DNA of 63,142 bases, taken from the NCBI GenBank assembly GCA_020062425.1, contig JAGUWJ010000022.1, positions 1 through 63,142 of the forward strand. The letters are read 5' to 3'. Every line of letters begins with the position of its first letter. The stretch's first letter is position 1. The notes under the pieces are model-generated. The model was not told the origin of the DNA. It searched no databases and saw only the letters and a list, made by a program, of their open reading frames with translations. The position numbers and the translations under genes are program-made. Below, in pieces: positions 18,471 through 28,201 of the stretch. Source of the stretch: Actinomycetota bacterium. Its GTDB lineage: Bacteria; Actinomycetota; Geothermincolia; Fen-727; Anoxymicrobiaceae.

Positions 18471-18583
18471 TATCGAAGGTCAAGCCTCGAGGTGCGGGTA
18501 GTGGAGCCGCCTTACTGCTATAATCTCGTTCTCAGCAGGATTTACCACGCGGCATCGCAGACTGTCGAATCGGGGGGTGGGCG

Positions 18584-19810
18584 ATGAGAGCGATACGGTT
18601 CAACGCGAGTATTCCCAGATACGCCGTCACGTTTCCGCTAGGGCGTATAAGGAAGGAAGCGTACTATAAGGGGCCTATGTCCACCACCTACATGGACGAC
18701 GTCCCCGAGCCGGAACTCTTCAACGATAACTGGGTAAAGGTCCGGACTACCTACGGTGGTGTCTGCGGAAGCGACATCAACCTCATATTCTTGAAAGATT
18801 CTCCTTATTCCGAGCCGTTCGCCACCATGCCGTTCACCGTCGGGCACGAGAATGTAGGAAGGATTGTGGAGATCGGCTCCGGAGTCGACGGATTCGAGGC
18901 AGGGGACCGCGTGGTGGTGGACCCGATGATGCCTTGCGCGGCCCGCGAGATAGACCCGGTGTGTGACTCATGCGCCCGGGGCGATTACTCACAGTGCCTA
19001 AACCTGCGCAAGGGGGACATCCCGCCGGGGTTCTATACCGGCCTGGGCGCGCCTTCAGGGGGCTCTTGGAGCGAGTTCTTCGTCGCTCACAAGACTCAGC
19101 TTTTCAAGGTGCCTGATACTATGAGCGACGAGCAGGCGGTCATGCTGGAGGCCCTGGCGATATGCGTGCACTCGGTGATGCGCAACCTGCCCGAAGCCGG
19201 GCAGACCGTTCTTATATACGGCTGCGGGGCGATCGGTATGCTCACCGCCGCCAGCTTGAAGGCGCTTGCGCCGGAGTGCCGTCTCATTGTGATAGCCCGC
19301 TACCCCTTCCAGGCGGAGGTGGTTCGCCGGTACGGGGTGGACGAGATCATAATGCAGCGCGAGGTCGACGACGTCTACGCGGAGGTCGCGGGCCTTACGG
19401 GAGCCGAGATTCTCAAGCCGATGATAGGCCCGAGGTACCTCAACGGGGGTCCGGAGACCGTATTTGAATGTGTGGGCAGCAGCGGGACCGTCAACGACGC
19501 CTTGAGGATGACCAAGTCGGGCGGCAGGGTCGTGATGGTGGGTCTGATCACCTTCGCGCCGGGTATCGACTGGACGCCGGTCTGGTTCAAGGAGCTCACC
19601 ATCAACGGGTCGCTCTGTTCGTCAACCGACACATATCGGGGCGAGACGAAGAGGTCGTTTGAGTGGGCGAAGGAGCTGGTAGCCGAAGGGAAGATCGACG
19701 TTGACGGCCTGGTCACCCACATCTGGGAACTGGACCAGTTCGTCCAGATGATCGAGACCGCGACCTCCAAGGGGGGCACCGGCTGCATCAAGCAGGCGTT
19801 CAAGTTCTGA
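18584..19810 (+). CDS. zinc-dependent alcohol/polyol dehydrogenase (MDR superfamily)
   Basis: GVCGSD, GHENVGRIVEIG, structural-zinc Cys cluster (CAARE..C..C..C), and the Rossmann motif IYGCGAIG. Confidence 0.85.
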   Translation: MRAIRFNASIPRYAVTFPLGRIRKEAYYKGPMSTTYMDDVPEPELFNDNWVKVRTTYGGVCGSDINLIFLKDSPYSEPFATMPFTVGHENVGRIVEIGSGVDGFEAGDRVVVDPMMPCAAREIDPVCDSCARGDYSQCLNLRKGDIPPGFYTGLGAPSGGSWSEFFVAHKTQLFKVPDTMSDEQAVMLEALAICVHSVMRNLPEAGQTVLIYGCGAIGMLTAASLKALAPECRLIVIARYPFQAEVVRRYGVDEIIMQREVDDVYAEVAGLTGAEILKPMIGPRYLNGGPETVFECVGSSGTVNDALRMTKSGGRVVMVGLITFAPGIDWTPVWFKELTINGSLCSSTDTYRGETKRSFEWAKELVAEGKIDVDGLVTHIWELDQFVQMIETATSKGGTGCIKQAFKF

Positions 19811-20134
19811 GACCTCGAATCACCTATCCCATATGCTTCGGAGGCCTCCTTCAGGATATGGCCCCATCCGACCGTCCGCACGTTGCGCTGAAGGCGCATT
19901 TGCTATATACTCTTCGACTTGGCCGGAGGCTGTTAGGGGTGGTTTGCCCTGCATCAGAACCGGCCTGTTGGTTGTTTGACCGGAGCGTATTCGCAGCCAT
20001 TTAGCGTCAGGCGACTTCGAGAAGACGTCTGAGTCCGTGTCTAATCGCCTGTAATCTTGAGAAGCGACCTCGGAGTCGGCTGCGCCCGCACAAACTCGCC
20101 AGCCTGGCTGGCTGAGACGGAAAGGAGCCTGGAG

Positions 20135-22126
20135 ATGGCAGGACCTGGAAACGAGAAAACATCGGAAGAAGAAGTCCAGATCATCTATCCGCCCGAGGAG
20201 CTCAGCAAGAGCGCCTACATCAAGAGCATGGACGAATATAAGAAGATCTACGACAGGTCAGTAAACGATGTGGATGCCTTCTGGGGTGAGATGGCGGAGT
20301 CGCTCGACTGGTACAAAAAGTGGGACAAGGTCTTCGAATGGGACGAGAAGGAGTGCAAAGCCACCTGGTACGAAGGCGGGAAGCTCAACGTCTCGTATAA
20401 CTGCCTCGACAGGCACTGCAAGAGCGGCAAGGGCGACTCGGTAGCCCTCATCTGGGAGGCCGATGAGCCTGGCGAGAGCAAGACCTTCACTTACCAGCAG
20501 ATACTGGACCAGGTATGCAAGTTCGCCAACGTGCTCAAGAAATACGGCGTGAAGAAAGGCGACCGCGTCTGCATATACCTGCCGATGATACCTGAGCTGC
20601 CAATGGCGATGCTGGCATGTTCACGCATCGGAGCCATCCACAGCGTAGTCTTCGGCGGCTTCAGTTCGGACGCACTGCGCGACAGGATCCTGGACAGCGA
20701 TTGCCAGACGCTCGTCTGCTCGGACGCGAGTTACCGCAGCGGAAAGGTCATACCGCTCAAGAAGAACGCCGACTGGGCTCTGGAGGAGTGCCCCAACGTC
20801 AGCACCGTGTTCGTGATAAAGCGCGCGGGCATCGATGTGGAGATGGCTGACGGCAGGGACCACTGGTGGCACGAGGAACTCGAAGCGGACGACATCGATT
20901 CCACGTGTGAGCCCGAGCAGATGGACGCCGAAGACCCGCTCTTCATCCTCTACACTTCCGGGAGCACCGGCAAACCCAAGGGAGTCCTTCACACGACAGC
21001 CGGGTACCTGCTGCATACCTCACTCTCGCACAAGTGGATCTTCGATATTCACGACGATGACGTATGGTGGTGCACCGCGGACATCGGGTGGGTGACCGGA
21101 CACAGCTATATCGTGTACGGCCCTCTCGCCAACGGATCGAAGGGCGTCATGTTCGAAGGTGTTCCGACCTACCCCGACCCCGACCGTTTCTGGGAGATCT
21201 GCGAGAAACACAAGGTCACTGTCTTCTATACCGCTCCTACGGTCATACGGTCGCTGATGCGGCTGGGAGACAAGTGGACCAAGACCCGAGACCTCTCATC
21301 TCTACGCATACTGGGCACCGTGGGCGAGCCGATAAACCCCGACGTCTGGCTCTGGTACTACGAGAACATCGGCGGCGGAAGGTGTCCCATAATGGATACG
21401 TGGTGGCAGACGGAGACGGGGGGCATACTGATCACCCCGCTCGCCGGAGCGACCCCCATGAAGCCGGGCTCAGCCAGCTTTCCCTTCCCAGGCGTCATGC
21501 CGGTGATCCTGCGGCAGGACGGGACCGAGGCCGACGTGAACGAGAGCGGGTTCCTCTGCCTCAAGCGGCCCTGGACCGGTATGATGCGGACCTTATACGG
21601 GAACCACGAGCTTTTCATCAACACTTACTTCGCGATGTTCCCAGGCGTTTATGTGACTGGTGACGGCTGCAGGAAAGACGAGGACGGATTTTACTGGCTC
21701 CAGGGGCGGATAGACGACGTCATCAACGTCTCTGGCCACCGCATCGGCACCGCCGAGGTGGAGAGCGCCCTGGTGAGCCACGAGTACGTATCCGAGGCGG
21801 CAGTAGTGGGGATGCCGCACGAGATAAAAGGGCAGGGTATCTACGCGTACGTGACGCTCAAGAGCGAATACGAGTCGCGAGAGGAGGGTGAGGTAAAGCA
21901 GAAGCTGGTACTTCACGTGCGCAAGGAGATAGGCCCGATCGCCACTCCGGACATCATTCAGTTCACTCCCTCGCTGCCCAAGACACGGAGCGGCAAGATC
22001 ATGAGGAGAATCTTGAGAAAGATCGCTGAGGGCACTAGTGATTCGCTGGGAGACACCAGCACGCTGGCGGAGCCGGCCGTGGTGGACCAGCTGATATCGG
22101 GCTCCAAGGAACTGCTTTCGAAGTAG
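20135..22126 (+). CDS. acs: acetyl-CoA synthetase (AMP-forming)
   Basis: YTSGSTGKPKG, WWQTETGG, and C-terminal SLPKTRSGKIMRR. ATG 20135 follows AAAGGAG. The ORF opens at 20057. Confidence 0.95.
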   Translation: MAGPGNEKTSEEEVQIIYPPEELSKSAYIKSMDEYKKIYDRSVNDVDAFWGEMAESLDWYKKWDKVFEWDEKECKATWYEGGKLNVSYNCLDRHCKSGKGDSVALIWEADEPGESKTFTYQQILDQVCKFANVLKKYGVKKGDRVCIYLPMIPELPMAMLACSRIGAIHSVVFGGFSSDALRDRILDSDCQTLVCSDASYRSGKVIPLKKNADWALEECPNVSTVFVIKRAGIDVEMADGRDHWWHEELEADDIDSTCEPEQMDAEDPLFILYTSGSTGKPKGVLHTTAGYLLHTSLSHKWIFDIHDDDVWWCTADIGWVTGHSYIVYGPLANGSKGVMFEGVPTYPDPDRFWEICEKHKVTVFYTAPTVIRSLMRLGDKWTKTRDLSSLRILGTVGEPINPDVWLWYYENIGGGRCPIMDTWWQTETGGILITPLAGATPMKPGSASFPFPGVMPVILRQDGTEADVNESGFLCLKRPWTGMMRTLYGNHELFINTYFAMFPGVYVTGDGCRKDEDGFYWLQGRIDDVINVSGHRIGTAEVESALVSHEYVSEAAVVGMPHEIKGQGIYAYVTLKSEYESREEGEVKQKLVLHVRKEIGPIATPDIIQFTPSLPKTRSGKIMRRILRKIAEGTSDSLGDTSTLAEPAVVDQLISGSKELLSK

Positions 22127-22183
22127 GTGGAGCCACTGGGCGACTTTCGACGGGGATCGTAATTCACGAGAAGGAGATGACAC

Positions 22184-22786
22184 ATGGAAGACGTCAAGCT
22201 TGCCAACCCGGCCGTACTGGGGCTGACCTGCTTCGGTCTGACCACGATGCTTCTGAACTTGCACAATGCGGGCCTCTTCAAGATGGACGCCACCATTCTT
22301 GGCATGGGCTTCTTCGTGGGAGGCTTTGCGCAGGTGATCGCCGGGACCCTTGAGTTCAGGAAGGGGAACACCTTCGGAATGACCGCGTTCACTGCCTACG
22401 GCACCTTCTGGATAAGCCTTGCCTTCGCGATAGTCTACAAGCCTATCCTGCTGACCAAGGTCGGTCTCGAGGCTACGGGCAAGGGGCTTGCCTGGTACCT
22501 GGTCCTCTGGGGAGTGTTCACGCTTTTCATGACCGTAGGAACCTTCAAGATCAACAGGGTCCTGCAGTTCGTATTCATCACCCTGGTGGCACTGTTCGCC
22601 TTGCTCGCCATCGGCATCGGCTGGGAACTTCCCAACGTTATCAAGGCGGCCGGAATACTTGGCATATTCACCGGGGCAGGCGCCCTGTATCTCGCCATGG
22701 CCGAGAACCTGAACGAGATATACGGCAAGCAGATCCTCCCCATCTGGTCGATGAACGTCAACTACAAGGAGCCTGAGGACCTCTAG
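22184..22786 (+). CDS. satP: acetate/succinate uptake channel, GPR1/FUN34/YaaH (SatP) family
   Basis: N-terminal NPAVLGLTCFGLTT motif and six hydrophobic helices. Immediately downstream of acs. Confidence 0.85.
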   Translation: MEDVKLANPAVLGLTCFGLTTMLLNLHNAGLFKMDATILGMGFFVGGFAQVIAGTLEFRKGNTFGMTAFTAYGTFWISLAFAIVYKPILLTKVGLEATGKGLAWYLVLWGVFTLFMTVGTFKINRVLQFVFITLVALFALLAIGIGWELPNVIKAAGILGIFTGAGALYLAMAENLNEIYGKQILPIWSMNVNYKEPEDL

Positions 22787-22851
22787 ATTTCCATTGGGGA
22801 CGGACCCTTAACCGGAAATCTTACGGGATTTTACCCCCTGGGTGAGTAAAG

Positions 22852-22877
22852 GCCCGGGCATCGCCCGGGCTTTTATT
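22852..22877. terminator. bidirectional intrinsic terminator between satP and pabC
   Basis: GCCCGGGC-atc-GCCCGGGC self-complementary stem flanked by AAAG upstream and TTTTATT downstream. Confidence 0.6.
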
Positions 22878-22879
22878 CT

Positions 22880-23755
22880 TCACGGCGCAGTCTCTTGCGC
22901 GACCAGCCCGCGGTAGGCCTCGTGAAGTGTGAGCGTTACCGGTCCTGGGCAGGAAGGAACCACCCTCGTACCCACCCGCCGTACCGGCATCAGCTCGAAC
23001 ATGCTGTTGGTGAGGAACACCTCGTCAGCGCCCATCAGGGTCTCGAGGCTTTCCATAACGGGCTTGCAGGGCGTTCCCGCCTGAGCGCACAGCTCCAGGA
23101 CGGCCTCGCGGGTGACGCCGGGGAGAAAGGCGCAGCCCAGGTTCGGGGTCAGGACCTCGCCACCCTTCACCATGAACAGGTTCGAGGATGTAGCTTCGGA
23201 AAGGTTGCCCGCCGTCGTCAGCATCACCGCGTCGTCGTCCCCGCGGTCGAGGGCTTCCTGCCTGGCGAAAACGGAATCCATGTAGTTCCCGCTTTTCACC
23301 GACGAGAGGTGTGACGAGGTGTTCCGCTTGATACCCGATACCGCCAGTGTGACTCCGTTCCTGTACGCCTCTTCTGACGGGGGCTCATAAGGTCTGGCAA
23401 GAATGAACAGGCCGGCCGGCCCCTTCTTATTCAGGCCCTTGACTCCCTCCGACTGCCCTCCGGTCACGGTGATCCGCACCCGGGCCTGACGGCCGGCCCC
23501 GTCGAGGCCGTTCTGCTCGAGCAGTAAGTACACCGCTCCTATGATGTCTTCGGCACTGCAGGGTATATCGATCCTGAAAAGCCGGACGGCGTCGGCGAGG
23601 CGGCTCAGGTGCCTCTCCAGCCTGAAGGGGCGCCCCGAGTATGCCCTCACTGTCTCGAAAACGCTCTCGCCGAAGAGTATCGCGCGGTCATCTACTGGAA
23701 GCCGCGCGTTCGCGAGGTCGAGGAACTCGCCGTTCATGTATACTTGCTCGCTCAT
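22880..23755 (-). CDS. pabC: class IV aminotransferase, probably aminodeoxychorismate lyase
   Basis: 291 aa fold-type IV PLP enzyme (FGESVFETVRAY, GVTR). The assignment to PabC rests on adjacency to pabB and pabA. Confidence 0.7.
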   Translation of the reverse strand: MSEQVYMNGEFLDLANARLPVDDRAILFGESVFETVRAYSGRPFRLERHLSRLADAVRLFRIDIPCSAEDIIGAVYLLLEQNGLDGAGRQARVRITVTGGQSEGVKGLNKKGPAGLFILARPYEPPSEEAYRNGVTLAVSGIKRNTSSHLSSVKSGNYMDSVFARQEALDRGDDDAVMLTTAGNLSEATSSNLFMVKGGEVLTPNLGCAFLPGVTREAVLELCAQAGTPCKPVMESLETLMGADEVFLTNSMFELMPVRRVGTRVVPSCPGPVTLTLHEAYRGLVAQETAP

Positions 23756-23807
23756 GATTGGATTTTACCCCATTGCCGTGGGTGTGCACGCGGGGCTAAA
23801 TGCGACG

Positions 23808-25270
23808 TCAGCGCTGGCCGGTGACGGTTGAGAACATAGCCTTGCCCTTGTCCAGCGTCTCCTGGAACTCGGACTCGGGGTCGCTATCGGCCACGATTCC
23901 TCCCCCGACCTGAAAGTAGACCCGGCCACCAGTGATGATCATGGTACGGATAGCGATGTTGATATCGTGGGTCCCGTCGAACCCCAGGTAGCCGATACCT
24001 CCTGTGTAGACGCTCCTGGCGGTGGGCTCCAGTTCGTCGATGATCTCCATGGAGCGGATCTTGGGCGCGCCGGTGATGGAACCCCCCGGCCAGGACGCCC
24101 TGATGAGGTCGACGACGTCCTTTCCCTGGTGGAGGTTACCGGTCACCGTTGATACCAGGTGGTGAACCGTGGCGTATGACTCGAGGACGGCATGCTCCTC
24201 CACGCGGACGCTGCCGTAGTCACACACCCTTCCCAGGTCGTTACGCTCGAGGTCCACTATCATCGAGAGCTCAGCGCGGTCCTTGGCACTCTCCAGCAGC
24301 TCCTTCCTGTAGTGCTCGTCCCGGTCCCGGTCGTCCGAGCGGGGCCTCGTTCCTTTGATCGGGCGGGTCTCCACGCGCCGCCCTTCGACCTTGAGGAATC
24401 TCTCGGGCGAAGACGATGCTACTGCAAAGTCACCATAGTTCAGGTAAGCGCTGAAAGGCGCGGCATTCAGGACACGAAGGCGCTTGTAAAGGCTCCAGGA
24501 CGGCTCCAGCAGAGGCGCGCTAAAACGCTGTGAGAGGTTCGCCTGGTAGATGTCCCCGGCGAGGATGTATTCCTTCACCGCTTCGACTGCGTTCAGATAC
24601 TCGTCCCTGGTGAACCCCGAGTCGAAGTCGAGCGGAGAACCTTCCTCGGCCTGCGCGGGAACCCGCCCCGCTTTCGTCTTGCCGAACGCACCCGCTCCAG
24701 GGGCGATGCGCGCCATCGCCCGCTCGGTCGTCTGCTCGAGATCATCCCCGCGCGGTGCAGTCAATACCAGCCACTTCCTGCCGCTCTCCAGGTCGGAGGC
24801 GACCACACGGTCGAAGAAGCAGAAAGCCAGCTCCGGGAGGCGAAGGTCGTCGACCACACCCTCGGGGAGCCTCTCGATATGGCGGCCCAGCTCGTACGAC
24901 AGGTAACCTACGCCTCCGCACAGGAAAGGCGGAAGGCTGGCGGGCATTGCACCATCAGGCAGCACCCTCTCTTGGAGTGCCGCTCTCAGGGCGTCGAACG
25001 GGTCTGTCTCGACCTCCACCTCGACCGAACCTCTCCTCGAGAAGCGCGCCGCACGTCCCCTGGTCGTAAGTACCATGTACGGATCGAACCCGATAAAGGA
25101 GTACCTGCCGAACCGCTGCATCAGAAGGCTCGAGTCGAGAAAGCACGAGTGGGGGAGGTGTGCGACCTCGTCGAATATCTCCACCATCTCGCGCCCGTCC
25201 TCGAGCTCTATCACCTGCAACTCGAGCTCATCGACGCGTGCCGTCTTTGTGACAGTGTCAACACGTGCCA

Positions 25271-25274
<4 letters not shown>
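23808..25274 (-). CDS. pabB: aminodeoxychorismate synthase component I (chorismate-binding enzyme)
   Basis: 488 aa. PERFL, PGGSITGAPK and GGIGY motifs of the TrpE/PabB family. A 4-nt overlap with pabA. Confidence 0.85.
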
Positions 25275-25846
<572 letters not shown>

Positions 25847-25856
25847 CAGAGCCTCC

Positions 25857-25883
25857 AAACAAAAACCCAGCCTTACGGCTGGG
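25857..25883 (-). terminator. intrinsic terminator-like hairpin in the pabA leader
   Basis: Minus strand: CCCAGCC-gtaa-GGCTGGG followed by TTTTTGTTT, then GGAGG and the pabA ATG about 10 nt further on. Confidence 0.5.
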
Positions 25884-25958
25884 TGCCGCCTTTCAGGGCG
25901 CCTGGGCATACCGTTTTGAGATTCGATCTCTTCTATGTTCCGATCCCGGGCGAGTATT

Positions 25959-26780
25959 TTACCCGAGACCGGGTATGACTTCCAGAGCGTTCTTGTAGTA
26001 AAGCCTCTCCCTGACGTCCTCGGGCAGGTCCACCTCCGCCAGCTCGCTTACCACCCTCTGCCGGGAGACCAGTGGGTAGTCACTGCCGAGTAGGGCCTTT
26101 TCCTTGACCGGCCCCTTCATGTAGCTGTAGACGAACTCCGGTACCCGCTTCGGAGCCCACCCGGCTATGTTGAAATAGACGTTAATGTTCCGGTGGACCA
26201 CCGCCAGCGCCTCCTCGTACCAGGGCCATCCGAAGTGGGCGATGATGAACTTGACCTCCGGCATGTCCACTGCGATGTCGTCAACGTCGATAGGCCGGCA
26301 GAACTTGAGCCTGGTGCCGGTATGGAATTGGGTGCCCATGTGGAAGAGCACGGGGATGCCCAGCTCTTGAGCCTCTTCATAGAGTGGATACATCACCGGG
26401 TCGTTCACATAGCATTCGGTGAGGTGGGGAAGGATCTTCAGGCCTCTCATGTCGTCTTCCTCGACCGCTCGCCGAAGCTCTTTTCTGGCGGTCTTTCCCT
26501 TGTGCGGGTCTACACTGGCGAAGCCGATGAGGCGGTCCGGGTTCGCGCGCACTGCTTCAGCCACCAGCTCGTTTGCGACCCTGTAATCCCACCTCGTCTC
26601 CGCGTCGACCGCGACGATGACTGATCTCGAGACGCCCGCGGCATCCATGTCCGCTATGGTGTCCTCGAGGGTCGGCAGGTTTTCACCGAACACCCGGACG
26701 TAGCCGTTCCGCATCTTCTCGGGCATGGACATGATCGCTTCGGCTGTCCAGAGCTGCGCGTGCGTGTCGATTATCTGCAT
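25959..26780 (-). CDS. metal-dependent amidohydrolase (amidohydrolase-2/TIM-barrel family)
   Basis: Starts MQIIDTHAQLW (HxH-type metal site). HFGWPW and DYP motifs. The ORF opens at 26867. Confidence 0.7.
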   Translation of the reverse strand: MQIIDTHAQLWTAEAIMSMPEKMRNGYVRVFGENLPTLEDTIADMDAAGVSRSVIVAVDAETRWDYRVANELVAEAVRANPDRLIGFASVDPHKGKTARKELRRAVEEDDMRGLKILPHLTECYVNDPVMYPLYEEAQELGIPVLFHMGTQFHTGTRLKFCRPIDVDDIAVDMPEVKFIIAHFGWPWYEEALAVVHRNINVYFNIAGWAPKRVPEFVYSYMKGPVKEKALLGSDYPLVSRQRVVSELAEVDLPEDVRERLYYKNALEVIPGLG

Positions 26781-26859
26781 TGGGAGCCTATGCCTTTGCT
26801 GCGAGCGATACTCATTTCCGTATAGAATCCGTTGGTGCCTGCACCGAGGCGTGGCCCCC

Positions 26860-27342
26860 TCATACAACGGAAGCCCTCAGATACTCCTTTGTCTTGGCTG
26901 CGTCCTCCCAGCCCTCGCTGGTGACGACCTTGGCCTCCAGCCTCTTGTAGGTCAGAAAGAAGTTCTCTATCTCGTTCAGGAGGTGCGGCGGTATCTCGTG
27001 GATGTCGTCCAAATGCTGCCAGCGCGGATCGTTTATCGGAACCCCCAGTACCTTGTTGTCCGGCCCCTTGTCATCTCGCATGAGGAGCATGCCGATAGGC
27101 TTGGCTTCCAGCAGACAGCCTGAGAAGGTGGGCTCCTCGATGAGGACAAGGATGTCGACTTCGTCTCCGTCTTCCGCGAGCGTGCCCTCTATGAAACCGT
27201 AGTCGGCGGGGTAGTGGACCGCGCTGTAAAGGACCCGGTTCAGTTTGATGCGGCCGCTCGGGTGGTCGAACTCGTACTTGTTCCGGCTGCCCTTGGGCAC
27301 TTCGACGATGACATCCACCGTGTCGGGGTATCGTTCGTTCAT
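26860..27342 (-). CDS. ppa: inorganic pyrophosphatase (family I)
   Basis: VEVPKGSRNKYEFD, YPADYGFI and DGDEVDILV motifs. ATG 27342 follows GAGGAGG. Confidence 0.95.
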   Translation of the reverse strand: MNERYPDTVDVIVEVPKGSRNKYEFDHPSGRIKLNRVLYSAVHYPADYGFIEGTLAEDGDEVDILVLIEEPTFSGCLLEAKPIGMLLMRDDKGPDNKVLGVPINDPRWQHLDDIHEIPPHLLNEIENFFLTYKRLEAKVVTSEGWEDAAKTKEYLRASVV

Positions 27343-27519
27343 CCAGCCTCCTCTCAAGGGCCTATTGGCATATTATCTGGCAAGCTCGCCGGCCGGACAA
27401 GTTGGAACACCGCGCGCGACGAGGTGTGCCGGCAGGTCATATCTGCATACCGTCGAAGTATTGCATCGGTTAGTCGTGGTCGGCCTTACGGGTGGTACCG
27501 GAGAAAGGGGCTGTGAATC

Positions 27520-28080
27520 ATGAAGAAGATCTTTGCGTTGCTGCTGGTGCTGGTGTTGGGGGTCACGCTTCTCGCAGTCGTAGGGTGCGGAGGAGACACG
27601 GATCAGGCCAAGGAGTATATAAAGGAAGCCGACGCCGCCTACGAGGCGGTCAACAAGAAGATGGAAGCGCTGTCCGAGACCCTGGCGACGACGGTCGGCG
27701 GCGCGATGAGCGGCAACTTCTCTGCGATAACGCCGGAGACCATGTCAGCGACCGCGGCGACCATCGACGAGGTGCTAAAAGAGCTGCCCGAGGTCGCCAA
27801 GCTCTATGAGAAGGTCGAGGACCTCGAAGGAGTGGAAGATTACCAGAATTACGCTGACGCCATGGTGAAGACGATCTCGGCGCAGGAGGCCGCGGTATTG
27901 AACGGCAAGAACCTGCTCGAAGCGATCGCGCCGCTCGCGGCGTCGGGCGACCAGGCGGCGCTCGCGGCCTGGTTCCAGGCTAACAGCGCGGAACTGATGA
28001 AAGCCCAGGAACTGTCGACTATTGCGGATGAGCAGTACGCCAAGGCTCGGGAGATGAAGAAGGACCTGGATCTCGAATAA
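27520..28080 (+). CDS. lipoprotein of unknown function (helical)
   Basis: Signal peptide with lipobox LAVVGC at residues 18-23. The remainder is Ala/Glu/Lys-rich. Confidence 0.7.
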   Translation: MKKIFALLLVLVLGVTLLAVVGCGGDTDQAKEYIKEADAAYEAVNKKMEALSETLATTVGGAMSGNFSAITPETMSATAATIDEVLKELPEVAKLYEKVEDLEGVEDYQNYADAMVKTISAQEAAVLNGKNLLEAIAPLAASGDQAALAAWFQANSAELMKAQELSTIADEQYAKAREMKKDLDLE

Positions 28081-28119
28081 CCGCTCGAAAGGCACAAGGG
28101 GCTGAGGGTTCACAAGGAA

Positions 28120-28148
28120 GGCCGGGGTCTGACGTGGCCCCGGCCTTT
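28120..28148. terminator. hairpin between the convergent lipoprotein and xylB genes
   Basis: GGCCGGGG (28120-28127) / CCCCGGCC (28138-28145), then TTT. Confidence 0.45.
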
Positions 28149-28201
28149 CGTATGCGGATTTCAAAGCACGACGATCCCAGTCTTCACGGGGCGCCGCACC
28201 C

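Noticed and set aside
25899-25908. CGCCTGGGCA, the conserved 3' motif of ZTP (pfl) riboswitches, next to the folate-branch genes.
   Set aside because: It is on the plus strand, whereas pabABC and the neighbouring gene are on the minus strand. The GGGUCGUGAC-type 5' subdomain is also absent. It is probably coincidental.
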